From contig NC_042998.1 of the NCBI RefSeq assembly GCF_006345805.1, positions 197,222,001 through 197,286,000 of the forward strand: a DNA stretch of 64,000 bases, read 5' to 3'. The notes below the pieces were generated by a model. It saw only the letters and a list, made by a program, of their open reading frames with translations. It did no database searches and had not been told where the DNA came from. Positions 10,956-22,670 of this stretch are shown here, in pieces. The first letter of the stretch is position 1, and every line of letters starts with the position of its first letter. This DNA comes from Octopus sinensis (taxonomy: Eukaryota). Both the position numbers and the translations under genes were made by a program.

Positions 10956-13706
10956 TGTTATGGGGATAATAATAATAATAATAATGGAACACCTCTCCCA
11001 CATGACGCGTGGTGTGTGCTAGTCATTACAAATACTGTGACATTGAGAAGTCAGCGAGGTCGGTTATAGACAGTTGTGTCTTACTTGTCTAATTAACTAT
11101 ATTGCTATACTGAAGTGGACGTTATAACAGTCTGACATTGGATTACAACAGTAGTGATGAGGAATTAACAAACTCAAGAAGATTAAACAAACTCACAAGG
11201 AGTTACAAAACTCCACAAAAGTATGTGAAAAGTCTGGCTGCATCCGAAAAAATATATTATGAAACAAAAATAAACACAAAATTTATTACACGAATCTGTT
11301 ACCACCACGACAGTCAACTATTTGGTGCTGAACACGAGTTTGATATTGAATACATACACGAATTTTCCACTCTGATAGCTCTTCCCAAGACTGCAAGATG
11401 GTGTAGAAGTATTGCCAGTCTATCTCTCTCACTAATTTGTTCGCCTGCGAGCCATCTAAAGTTAATAATGATTCTGCTAATTCCACGTGTAAACATGTGT
11501 TGAATAGAACTCACTGAATAAATCTTAATTAACTGTGTTGTCAATTGTATGCATCTGACATATGCTAACGTGTATGCAACCAGACTTTTCACACAGAGGA
11601 TACAAATTTTGCGGTATACAAAAGTATTAAATTATGGAAGATTTGTTGGCTGGTAATTATGATTACAAAATGGAATATTTACTGTCAAAAAACTAGGGCA
11701 TGCATATGGTTTGTCCAGGCGGATACCGAAACACTGAGCCATTCAAAGATATGGTAATTGTAGCATTAACATCAGAAGGAGGAATAAAAAATGCAGTGTG
11801 GAGTGTGGTACGCAAATTACTGGTGACCCTTGAAGACATAAAATGAAATGTAGAAAAGGACAAATTCATAACAGAAATAAAAAGAATACTGTGGACAGGA
11901 AAAGTAAATAGGAACAGGATTGGTGCAAAACGAAACCAAGATGTGAACCTATACTCAGTTTGTGATGGTGTACTGATGTATGCACAGAGAGTAGTGATAG
12001 CTGAAACACTGCAAAAGAAAATGTTGAGGGAATTCCATGTTGGACATTCTGGTATTTAGAGGATGAAAGCTTTAATGTGTAGCCACATGTACTGGCCTAA
12101 AATGGATAAAGAAATCAAAAATTTAGTGAAAGGTTGCAGAGGATGCGCTCTAGTGGCAAAATTATTGACGATAAAAAGTGAACCATGGCCAAAAGTAGAT
12201 GTTTCATGGTCAAGACTACACATTGATTTTGCTGGTCTCTTAAGCAGTTCATAATCTTTTGTGGTAGAAGTTTCTCTGAATGGCCAAAAAATTTTTAAAT
12301 GTAAAAAGCCAACCTCCTCAACTACGACAAACTTTCTGCATGAGCTGTTTGCAAGATTTGGTTTCCCAGACTCGATAGTTGGAAGCCCTTCGTCGATTAC
12401 GATGACGAGGGTTCCGGTTGATCCAAATCAACGGAACAGCCTGCTCGTGAAATTACCGTGTAAGTGGCTGAGCACTCCACAGACACGTGTACCCTTAACG
12501 TAGTTCTCGATGATATTCAGCGTGACACAGAGAGTGACAAGGCCGGCCCTTTGAAATACAGGTACAACAGAAACAGGAAGTAAGAGTGAGAGAAAGTTGT
12601 GGTGAAAGAGTACAGCAGGGATCACCACCATCCCTGCCGGAGCCTCATGGAGCTTTAGGTGTTCTCGCTCAATAAACACTCACAACGCCCGGTCTGGGAA
12701 TCGAAACCGCGATCCTACGACCGCGAGTCTGCTGCCCTAACCACTGGGCCATTGCGCCTCCACTAGACTCGATAGTGTCTGATAATGAAATGCAATTTGT
12801 GTCTTTTGAGTTCAAAAACTTTTGTTAAATGTTAATCGTAGAACATGTAACTATGGTACCATACCATCCCAAATCTAACAGACAAGCAGAAGGCTTTGTT
12901 GATACATCCAAGAGGGCCCTAAAAAAGTCAAATAAGGAAGTTATAGATGAGGTAGCCCTACAACAATTCTTAAGATTATACCACGTGGCACCAAATCCAA
13001 ACACACCAGCAAGTATGTCACCAGTGGAGCTGATGTTTATGAGGAAAATAAAATCAGTCTTCGACTAATTGCTATCTGGTAAGAAAAGAAAAATTGCAAT
13101 GGATAGTACAGCAAGATATTTCAAAATTAGTGAAAATGTGTTTGTTAGAACATATAAGATGGCTTGATTACCAAATGCATAGAAAAATGCTTTACTTTGT
13201 ATAAGGAAGAAAAAGGGTATAGAAGAGACACAGATTTGTTGTGAGTGAACCCAAGAGAATGGAAGAACCAATGGAATGGTTATATGATACTTTTAAAGTA
13301 CCAGTGCCACTACAAATAATTGAACTCAGACACACAAGCAAAAGAAAAAGAAATATATGGAGTTCCTGGAATTAGCTGAAAAATGAAAAAAATATTAAAT
13401 TCATAACTGTATAAAAAATACTCAAAAAAAGGAGGTGGGGGTGATATGAAAATTATTGTTATTAAAAAGAAATAAAATTACATTTCCTAAGGAAAAAAAA
13501 ACTTAAAAAGGGAGATGTTATGGGGATAATAATAATGATAATAATAATGGAACACCCCATCATGTGTCAAGTGGTATGTACTAGTCATTACAAATACTGT
13601 GACGTTGAGAAGTTGGTGAGGTTGGTCATAGATAGTCATGTCTCACTTGTCTAACTAACTATACTGCTATATCAGAGTGGACTTAATAACAGTTCGACAT
13701 TGGATT
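10956..13706 (+). mobile_element. Decayed, internally deleted Ty3/Gypsy LTR retrotransposon
   Basis: LTRs 10956-11150 (TG...CA) and 13516-13706; PBS-like gtagtgatgagga; PPT aaaaagggaga; integrase remnants HVGHSG..MYWPKMDKEI..CRGC, WSRLHIDFAG, PYHPKSNRQAE with stops. Confidence 0.9.
12380..12764 (-). mobile_element. tRNA-derived SINE (family 2) nested in the Gypsy integrase
   Basis: Reverse complement of 7251-7626; 12-bp TSD agactcgatagt (12368-12379, 12765-12776). Confidence 0.9.
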
Positions 13707-14217
13707 GTGAGAGACTAAATCTGGCCAGTTTGAACATAAAACAGGTAGAATAATTTGGCCGGATTACAGCCAGTTTAAATGTTAATGGGTTAAATCTTGG
13801 AATATTTTAACATATTAACAGAATCCATGGTTGATCTTGTTTTCTTTTTATGGTCACAATAAGCTGTCAGAAAATGTTAAAATAGTAGTTTCATAGTTTG
13901 TAGATAATTATAGAATAACATTCAAGATGTATCCTGTTTGGTATTATTGTGATGAGGGAAGATTGTTGGTGGCGCATACAGAAATCAGGTATAGGGTATG
14001 AAGCAGAACATGTTATTTTTGGTGTTCTGTAGAGTTTAGGATATGCTGTCGGTTGCAGTGTGAACATGGTGTCAGGTGCAATGAATATGGTGCAGAATTA
14101 AGGGCATGTTGTCTGCATTAGTTAGAACATGTATAAGGTTAAGTTTAGATTGGAAGTGAAAGTTTGTTGAGTTAGGTGCAGTGGGTCTGACAAAATATTA
14201 CATTCATTTGAATATTT

Positions 14218-15062
14218 TGTAGCAAGTAGCCATTTTAAAATAACGTGCCAATTGGTGGTAGCTGGCAATATGACGTAATGTCGTGTTGACGAAGAAATAT
14301 TATTGTCGTTTTTCCATTGGTTAATGTAACTGCTCATATAAGGATTCTAAAAAGTTACTTAAAGAATATTTGTAATGGATTTCGATTCTTTTAAGTCAAG
14401 TTGAGCAGTTATAAAAACCCTGGATTTTGGAAAAAAACTTTAGTGTTTGTTGGATGTAACTGAACTCCACGACACTCACTCCTTTGAGACATTGGTGATT
14501 TTTATGCCATGTCCAAGGAAAATCCAACAAGTCTATTTTGAATTGTTGTTATTTATTTATTAGTTAGATTTATGAATTAGCTAGTGAAATATATAGTTGT
14601 ACTTCTACACGACGAAAATTATCTTTTCTTTCACATGTACATAATATAAAATGTTATATTTATATAATAAAACTAATTAAGAAAATGTTTTCTCTTCACG
14701 TTTTTCACATTTTTCAACAAATATGCATTTCTGTAACCATTAAATTATATTTTCTTATAGCGGTTAAATGAACACGATAATATTATACATACATGACGCT
14801 AATATTCTTAGTGTTCCATAAGTATATTTCTCTATGGCGTTATATACTGTAGTTCGGATTTGTGTATAATGATAACACTTAAGTTATAAGTGACGTTTTA
14901 ATCATTATATACACCCTTACTTAAAAAAGCCAAATAAAATAATCTATTTCCCAATCGGAAACACAATAAATAGCATTACATTACTGTAACAAAACTAATT
15001 AGAGAATATACGATATTAATATAAGCTAAGAGAAAGCTCATGGTAGCCTAAAACAGCCTATA
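14218..15062. mobile_element. 845-bp insertion, probable solo LTR
   Basis: Absent from paralogous introns (cf. 8630-8668, 20345-20387); termini tgtag...ctata (degenerate TG...CA); 4-bp TSD attt. Confidence 0.6.
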
Positions 15063-15091
15063 ATTTAATCTATTATATTCTATTCCATAAG

Positions 15092-15256
15092 TTCCTAGGA
15101 AGAAAGTTGCTGTATCTATTGAAGGAGAAAAAGGAGAAGGAGAAAAAGGAGAAGGAGAAAAAGGAGAAGGAGAAAAAGAAGGAGAAAAAGGAGAAGGAGT
15201 GGAAGAAAGAGAGGAAGAAGGAGAGGATAAAGAAATGGCGGTGGCTGTTAAAAAAG
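15092..15256 (+). CDS. Internal exon A5
   Basis: tccataag|...AAAAAAG|gtatat; 165 nt, phase 1-1: VPRKKVAVSIEGEKGEGEKGEGEKGEGEKEGEKGEGVEEREEEGEDKEMAVAVKK. Confidence 0.85.
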
Positions 15257-15599
15257 GTATATTTAATATGATACATTCTCTACTGAAAAGCATCATAAAA
15301 TTATCCTTCCCTGGTGTTTTCCTCTCCATGTTGAATACACAGCTGAGGGTGGAATTATTAATGTTGTGAAAAGACAGTTGCAGAGTTCTTGATATCCATT
15401 GCATAGAATTGAAGCCAATGACATGTGATAGATATTGATACAAAAAAGTTTGGTACAACTTTTTATAGATATGAGTAAGCGCCTCTTTAATAAAATTATT
15501 TAATCTTCATTGATAATGACTCACACGTTAAGTGGTGCAAATTCTCTGAGTATCATCCCAACTGTTAGTATCATTCTATTCTATATATTAAATATACAG

Positions 15600-15641
15600 C
15601 TCAGTTGAAAAGAAAAACAAACAAGATTACACTAAAAACAG
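15600..15641 (+). pseudogene. Exon-like unit type B (AT at donor position)
   Basis: atacag|...ACAG|ataaat; 42 nt, phase 1-1, open: AQLKRKTNKITLKT; copies at 16619-16660 and 17647-17688 (42 nt) and 18647-18687 (41 nt). Confidence 0.5.
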
Positions 15642-16154
15642 ATAAATTTTAAAACTTCTTTAGTAATATTTATTTAATTTTATTTAAATTTTGGAATGTT
15701 TTAACATGATAGAATAATCCATAGTTGATCTTGTTTTCTTTTTATAGTTACAATAACCTGTCAGAAAATGCTAAACTAGTAGTTTCATAGTTTGTAGATA
15801 ATGTATGTATTACTGAATAGTAGTAGGGTACTATAGTGATGAGGAAAAGTTGTTAGTGTGGTGCATACAGAGATCAGGTATATGTGTGTGTGAACAAAAC
15901 ATATTAGTTTTGGTGTTCTGTGGAATCTAGGATATGCTGTTGGTTGCAGTGTGAACATGACGTTAGGCGCAGTGAGTATAATGCATAATTAAGTGCATGT
16001 TGTCTGCATTAGTTAGAACATGCTTTGGGTTTGTGGTGTTATTGGTTGTGATGAGCTATGTGGTGTTGGTGGAAGGGATTGCAGATGAGGTAGACGGAAG
16101 TGAAGACTGCAGAGGCCATTTGAATATTTTCTTAATTTTACTCTATTTCATAAG

Positions 16155-16293
16155 TTCCTAGAAAGAAACAAAAAGTTGCTGCACCTGCTAAAGAAGGAGA
16201 AGAAGGAGTGGAAGAAGGAGAGGAAGAAGTGGGGGAAAGAAGGAGTGGAAGAAGTGGAGGAAGGAGTGGATAAAGAAATGGTGGTTAAAAAAG
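16155..16293 (+). CDS. Internal exon A6 (frameshifted as assembled)
   Basis: Intact splice sites, 139 nt (3n+1); differs from 18186-18320 by +4 nt in G/A homopolymers at ~16230-16240; consensus error or dead copy. Confidence 0.6.
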
Positions 16294-17170
16294 GTATGTT
16301 TAATATGATACATTCTCTACTGAAAAGCATCATGAAATTATCTTCCCTGTGTTTTCTTCATGTTGAATACACAGCTGAGGGTGGAATTATTAATGTTGTG
16401 AAAAGACAGTTGCAGAGTTCTTGACATCCATTGCATAGAATTGAAGCCAATGACATGTGGTAGATATTAATACAAAGAAGTTTGGTACAACTTTTTATAG
16501 AGCAAGCACTGCTTTGATAGAATTATTTAATCTTCACTGTTATATGTTAAGTGGAGCAAATTCTCTGAGTATCATCCCAACTGTTGATATTATTCTATTC
16601 TATATATTAAACATACAGCTCAGTTGAAAAGAAAAACAAACAAGATTACACTAAAAACAGATAAATTTTAAAACTTCTTTAGTAATATTTATTTTATTTT
16701 ATTTAAATTTTGGAATGTTTTAACATGATAGAATAATCCATAGTTGATCTTGTTTTCCTTTTTATAGTTACAATAACCTGTCAGAAAATGTTAAAGTAGT
16801 AGTTTCATAGTTTGTAGATAATGTATGTATTACTGAATAGTAGTAGGGTACTATAGTGATGAGGAAAAGTTGTTAGTGGTGCATACAGAGATCAGGTATA
16901 GTGTGTGAACAAAACATATTAGTTTTGGTGTTCTGTGGAATCTAGGATATGCTGTTGGTTGCAGTGTGAACATGACGTTAGGCGCAGTGAGTATAATGCA
17001 TAATTAAGTGCATGTTGTCTGCATTAGTTAGAACATGCTTTGGTGTTTGTGGTGTTATTGGTTGTGATGAGCTATGTGGTGTTGGTGGAAGGGATTGCAG
17101 ATGAGGTAGACGGAAGTGAAGACTGCAGAGGCCATTTGAATATTTTCTTAATTTTACTCTATTTCATAAG

Positions 17171-17317
17171 TTCCTAGAAAGAAACAAAAAGTTGCTGCAC
17201 CTGCTAAAGAAGGAGAAGAAGGAGTGGAAGAAGGAGAGGAAGAAGGAGAGGAAGAAGTGGAAGAAGGAGTGGAAGAAGTGGAGGAAGGAGTGGATAAAGA
17301 AATGGTGGTTAAAAAAG
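17171..17317 (+). CDS. Internal exon A7
   Basis: ttcataag|...AAAAAAG|gtatgt; 147 nt, phase 1-1: VPRKKQKVAAPAKEGEEGVEEGEEEGEEEVEEGVEEVEEGVDKEMVVKK. Confidence 0.85.
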
Positions 17318-18185
17318 GTATGTTTAATATGATACATTCTCTACTGAAAAGCATCATGAAATTATCTTCCCTGGTGTTTTCTTCTCCATGTTGAATACAC
17401 AGCTGAGGGTGGAATTATTAATGTTGTGAAAAGACAGTTGCAGAGTTCTTGACATCCATTGCATAGAATTGAAGCCAATGACATGTGGTAGATATTAATA
17501 CAAAGAAGTTTGGTACAACTTTTTATAGAGCAAGCACTGCTTTGATAGAATTATTTAATCTTCATTGTTATATGTTAAGTGGAGCAAATTCTCTGAGTAT
17601 CATCCCAACTGTTGATATTATTCTATTCTATATATTAAACATACAGCTCAGTTGAAAAGAAAAACAAACAAGATTACACTAAAAACAGATAAATTTTAAA
17701 ACTTCTTTAGTAATATTTATTTAATTTTATTTAAATTTGGAATGTTTTAACATGATAGAATAATCCATAGTTGATCTTGTTTTCCTTTTTATAGTTACAA
17801 TAACCTGTCAGAAAATGCTAAACTAGTAGTTTCATAGTTTGTAGATAATGTATGTATTACTGAATAGTAGTAGGGTACTATAGTGATGAGGAAAAGTTGT
17901 TAGTGGTGCATACAGAGATCAGGTATAGTGTGTGAACAAAACATATTAGTTTTGGTGTTCTGTGGAATCTAGGATATGCTGTTGGTTGCAGTGTGAACAT
18001 GACGTTAGGCGCAGTGAGTATAATGCATAATTAAGTGCATGTTGTCTGCATTAGTTAGAACATGCTTTGGTGTTGGTTGTGATGAGCTATGTGGTGTTGG
18101 TGGAAGGGATTGCAGATGAGGTAGACGGAAGTGAAGACTGCAGAGGCCATTTGAATATTTTCTTAATTTTACTCTATTTCATAAG

Positions 18186-18320
18186 TTCCTAGAAAGAAAC
18201 AAAAAGTTGCTGCACCTGCTAAAGAAGGAGAAGAAGGAGTGGAAGAAGGAGAGGAAGAAGTGGAAGAAGGAGTGGAAGAAGTGGAGGAAGGAGTGGATAA
18301 AGAAATGGTGGTTAAAAAAG
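18186..18320 (+). CDS. Internal exon A8
   Basis: 135 nt, phase 1-1: VPRKKQKVAAPAKEGEEGVEEGEEEVEEGVEEVEEGVDKEMVVKK; differs from A7 by an in-frame 12-nt indel. Confidence 0.85.
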
Positions 18321-18854
18321 GTATGTTTAATATGATACATTCTCTACTGAAAAGCATCATGAAATTATCTTTCCCTGGTGTTTTCTTCTCCATGTTGAAT
18401 ACACAGCTGAGGGTGGAATTATTAATGTTGTGAAAAGACAGTTGCAGAGTTCTTGACATCCATTGCATAGAATTGAAGCCAATGACATGTAGATATTAAT
18501 ACAAAGAAGTTTGGTACAACTTTTTATAGAGCAAGCACTGCTTTGATAGAATTATTTAATCTTCATTGTTATATGTTAAGTGGAGCAAATTCTCTGAGTA
18601 TCATCCCAACTGTTGATATTATTCTATTCTATATATTAACATACAGCTCAGTTGAAAAGAAAAACAAACAAGATTACTAAAAAACAGATAAATTTTAAAA
18701 CTTCTTTAGTAATATTTATTTAATTTTATTTAAATTTGGAATGTTTTAATATATTAGTAGAATCCATGGTTGATCTTTGTTTCCTTTTTATGGTTACAAT
18801 AACCTGTCAGAAAATGTTAAAATAGTAGTTTCATAGTTTGTAGACAATGTCTCT

Positions 18855-19217
18855 TGAAGCACTCCGTCGGTTACGACGACGAGGGTGCCGGTTGATCCGA
18901 ATCAACAGAACAGCTGCTCGTGAAATTAACGTGTAAGTGGCTGAACACTCCACAGACACGTGTACCCTTAACGTAGTTCTCGGGGATTTCGCGTGACACA
19001 GAGAGTGACAAGGCCAGCCCTTTGAAATACAGGTACAACAGAAACAGGAAGTTAAGAGTGAGAGAAAGTTGTGGTGAAAGAGTACAGCAGGGATCACCAC
19101 GTGGGGCTTTAGATGTTTTCGCTCAATAAACACTCACAACACCCGGTCTGGGAATCGAAACCGCGATCCTATGACCGTGAGACCGCTGCCCTAACCACTG
19201 GGCCATTGCGCTTCCAC
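18855..19217 (-). mobile_element. tRNA-derived SINE (family 2)
   Basis: Reverse complement of 7251-7626; TSD tgtagacaatgt / tgtagataatgt. Confidence 0.85.
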
Positions 19218-19715
19218 TGTAGATAATGTATGTACTACAGAATAGTATTCAAGATGAATCGTGTGGCAGGGATGAACAGCATTTTGTCAACAGGGGTGTC
19301 GCATCATATCATTTCCAAGTAGGATAAAACATATATGCATGAAATATTTCTTGCCCACTTTAAACTGAATTTTTTTGCAGTTCTTCTTAATCTTATTTGT
19401 CTTGGTATGAAAGTTTACATTAGGCTGGCATCTCTTTCAATGTTTCCAAATGTACATCGAAAGAGAGAAGGAAGGAGGGATGAAATTAAATGTAAAATTA
19501 AAGCACAAGTTTAAGAGGTGAGAAATAGTAAGATTAATAAATGGAAAATTTGAGAAAAATTTTTGGTTTGTAAAAATTAGTAACCTAGAAACTCCTTGAG
19601 GGCCGCACAACAACATGTCAAGGGCCGCAGGTTGCCTATGCAAGCTGTAGGGTATTAAAGTGATGAGGAAAGATTGTATGTGGCATACATAGAAATCAAG
19701 TAAGATAGGAGGATA

Positions 19716-20106
19716 GGAAGCATTCCGTCGGTTATGACGACGAGGGTTCCAGTTGATCCGAATCAACGGAACAGCCTGCTCGTGAAATTAACGTGTAAGT
19801 GGCTGAGCACTCCACAGACACGTGTACCCTAACGTAGTTCTCGGGGATATTCAGCGTGACACAGAGAGTGACAAGGCCGCCCTTTGAAATACAGGTACAA
19901 CAGAAACAGGAAGTAAGAGTGAGAGAAGTTGTGTGTGGTGAAAGAGTACAGCAGGGATCACCACCATCCCCTGCCGGAGCCTCGTGGAGCTTTTAGGTGT
20001 TTTCGCTCAATAAACATTCACAACACCCGGTCTGGGAATCGAAACCATGATCCTACGATCGCGAGTCCGCTGCCCTAATCACTGGGCCATTACCCTAACC
20101 ACTGGG
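19716..20106 (-). mobile_element. tRNA-derived SINE (family 2)
   Basis: Reverse complement of 7251-7626. Confidence 0.85.
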
Positions 20107-20387
20107 AACGCGGTGTGCTCTTCCTAGCAAGTATAGTGTATGAAACAGAACATGTTATTTTTGGTGTTTTGTAGAGTTTAGGATATGCTGTCGGTTGCAG
20201 TGTGAATATGGTGTCAGGTGCAATGAGTATGGTGCAGAATTAAGGGCATGTTGTCTGCATTAGTTAGAACATGTATAAAGGTTAAGTTTAGATCAGAAGT
20301 GAAAGTTTGTCGAGTTGGATGCAGTGGGTCTGACAGAAAATATTACATTCATTTGAATGTTTAATCCATTATATTCTATTCCATAAG

Positions 20388-20501
20388 TTCATAGAAAGAA
20401 ACACAAAGCTGGTGTTGCTGCATCTGAAGAAGAAGAAGGAGCAGAGAAAGAAGGAATGGCAGAAAGAGAGGAAAAAGAGATGGTGGTGGGTGAAGAAAAA
20501 G
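20388..20501 (+). CDS. Internal exon A9
   Basis: tccataag|...AAAAAG|gtatgt; 114 nt, phase 1-1: VHRKKHKAGVAASEEEEGAEKEGMAEREEKEMVVGEEK. Confidence 0.85.
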
Positions 20502-20728
20502 GTATGTTTAATATGATACATTTTTCTACTGAGAAACATCATAAAATTGTCTTTAAAGACCAGGAAGCACCCAGTTTCTTGATGTTTTGCTATCCATGTT
20601 GAAGACAAAGCTGAGGGTGGAATTATTAATGTAGTGAAGAGAGAGTTGTAGAATCACCAGCAGAGTTCTTGACATCCATTGCATATAATTGAAGTCAATG
20701 ATATGTGACAGATATCGATGTAAAGATG

Positions 20729-21159
20729 TGTAGCGATATTTGATATCCTCACTGTTTGAGAGACACAATAAGAATGATCTCGTTTGAGATTACAACCATC
20801 TTTGCCTGCTTTGACCCTGTTGTGACCACTGCTCTAATTGGTTGGCATCTAGCGTGGTTTGTATCCCTACTTATTTCGCGCCAGAGTGTAAAGCCAACCA
20901 ATCAAGGCCATCGGATAAGGCCTGCTTTATTCGAGCCTACCACAGGCTATAAATAAGCCAGCTTTCATTATTCTCGGTCTTTCGACTCCAGACCTTTTAA
21001 GGTCTAGCCATGTTCCAGCGACAGACGACCAGCCTGCCAGATGCCAACCAATCAGATCAGTGGACACAACAGGGTCAAACCAGCCAAAGATGGTTGTAAT
21101 CTCAAACGAGATCATTCTTATTGTGTTTCTCAAACAGTGGGGATATCAGATACGCTACA
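20729..21159. mobile_element. 431-bp fold-back element (TG...CA, ~135-bp imperfect terminal inverted repeats)
   Basis: tgtagcg...cgctaca; arms ~20729-20863 and ~21021-21159; spacer contains ccaatc and tataaata. Confidence 0.75.
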
Positions 21160-21424
21160 TGGGGGATACAACTTCTGATTGCTATAAACAATCACAGTGT
21201 GGAATATTTGGTTAGATTTGTTATTATAATTCTCATTGAGAAGATTTTTGGTCAAAGACATCCCAACAGACACCATAATGCTATTTGTTGAACTGTGTAG
21301 GAATTAGAAAGGCTGTGTTATCGATGATGTGGAAAGTAGCTGTGTAAGTGTACAGTGGAAAACTAGAACATGCTGTTTAATGTATAACAAAGTATTGGTA
21401 CTTCATTGGTGGAGTATACCATGT

Positions 21425-22035
21425 ACCTATTTCTATTTCTTTACTACCCACAAGGGGCTAAACACAGAGGGGACAAACAAGGACAGACAAATGGATTAAG
21501 TCGATTATATCGACCCCAGTGCGTAACTGGTACTTATTTAATCGACCCTGAAAGGATGAAAGGCAGTGTCGACCTCGGCAGAATTTGAACTCAGAATGTA
21601 GCGGCAGACGAAATACCTATTTCTTTATTACCCACAAGGGGCTAAACATAGAGGGGACAAACAAGGACAAACATAGGTATTAAGTCGATTACATCAACCC
21701 CAGTGCGTAACTGGTACTTAATTTATCGACCCTGAAAGGATGAAAGGCAAAGTCGACCTTGGCGGAATTTGAACTCAGAACGTAGCGGCAGACGAAATAC
21801 CTATTTCTTTACTACCCACAAGGGGCTAAACACAGAGGGGACAAGCAAGGACAGACAAACGGATTAAGTCGATTACATCGACCCCAGTACGTAACTGGTA
21901 CTTTATTTATCGACCCTGAAAGGATGAAAGGCAAAGTCGACCTTGGCGGAATTTGAACTCAGAACGTAGCGGCATATGAAATACTGCTGAGCATTTCATT
22001 CAGCGTGCTAACAATTCTGCCAGCTCGCCACCTTA
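21425..22035 (-). mobile_element. tRNA-related SINE (family 4) with triplicated 3' part
   Basis: Head aggtggcgagctggcagaa, B-box-like gagttcaaattcc; three ~185-bp units joined at gaaatacctatttc; monomer at 56683-56915. Confidence 0.8.
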
Positions 22036-22182
22036 AGTATACAGGGTACCACTAATGGTATGTTTTATGATGTTACAGTCAGAAAGTATTGCAACAATTA
22101 GGGCATGTTATGTATAGTACAATGGTTATTATAAATCATGTGGTGTTCAGTGTAGGAATAAAGACCTGTGTAATGTATACTA

Positions 22183-22670
22183 TCATCATCATCATCATCA
22201 TCGTTTAACGTCCGTTTTCCGTGCTAGCATGGGTTGGATGGTTCGACCAGGGTCTGGGAAGCCAGGAGGCTGCACCAGGCTCCAGTCTGATCTGGCAGTG
22301 TTTCTACAGCTGGATGCCCTTCCTAATGCCAACCACTCTGTGAGTGTAGTGGGTGCATTTTACGTGCCACCGGCATGGAGGCCAGTTGAGGCGGCACTGG
22401 CATCGGCCACGATTCGGATGGTGCCTTTTACGTGCCACCGGCACGGAAGCGAGTCTAGGCGGCGCTGGCATCGGCCACCTTCAGATGGTGCTGTTTACGT
22501 GCCATGGGCTCAGGGATCACAACTGCAGTTTCCATTGATTTTGATGTTGGTGTACTTGACTCAATGGATCTCCTCAAGCAGAGGGTCGAAATGGTGTTTC
22601 TTCACTTGCCACCTGCACAGGAGTCAGTCCAGGGGTCCTGGCAACTGCCGGGTGCCAGTTGTAGGATTGG
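22183..22670 (-). mobile_element. RTE LINE 3' UTR fragment (family 1)
   Basis: (CAT)n followed by gtttaacgtcc...tttacgtgccaccggca repeats. Confidence 0.8.

Larger units (their letters stand above)
15250..18850 (+). repeat. Tandem ~1015-bp intron-exon duplication (~3.5 copies)
   Basis: Exon starts 16155, 17171, 18186 (period 1015-1016); introns nearly identical. Confidence 0.95.

Noticed and set aside
8634-18468. Minus-strand Ser/Pro-rich ORFs (8634-8870, 15048-15458, 17154-17357, 18169-18468)
   Set aside because: Antisense shadows of the GAA-rich + strand exons; splice signals and phase support the + strand
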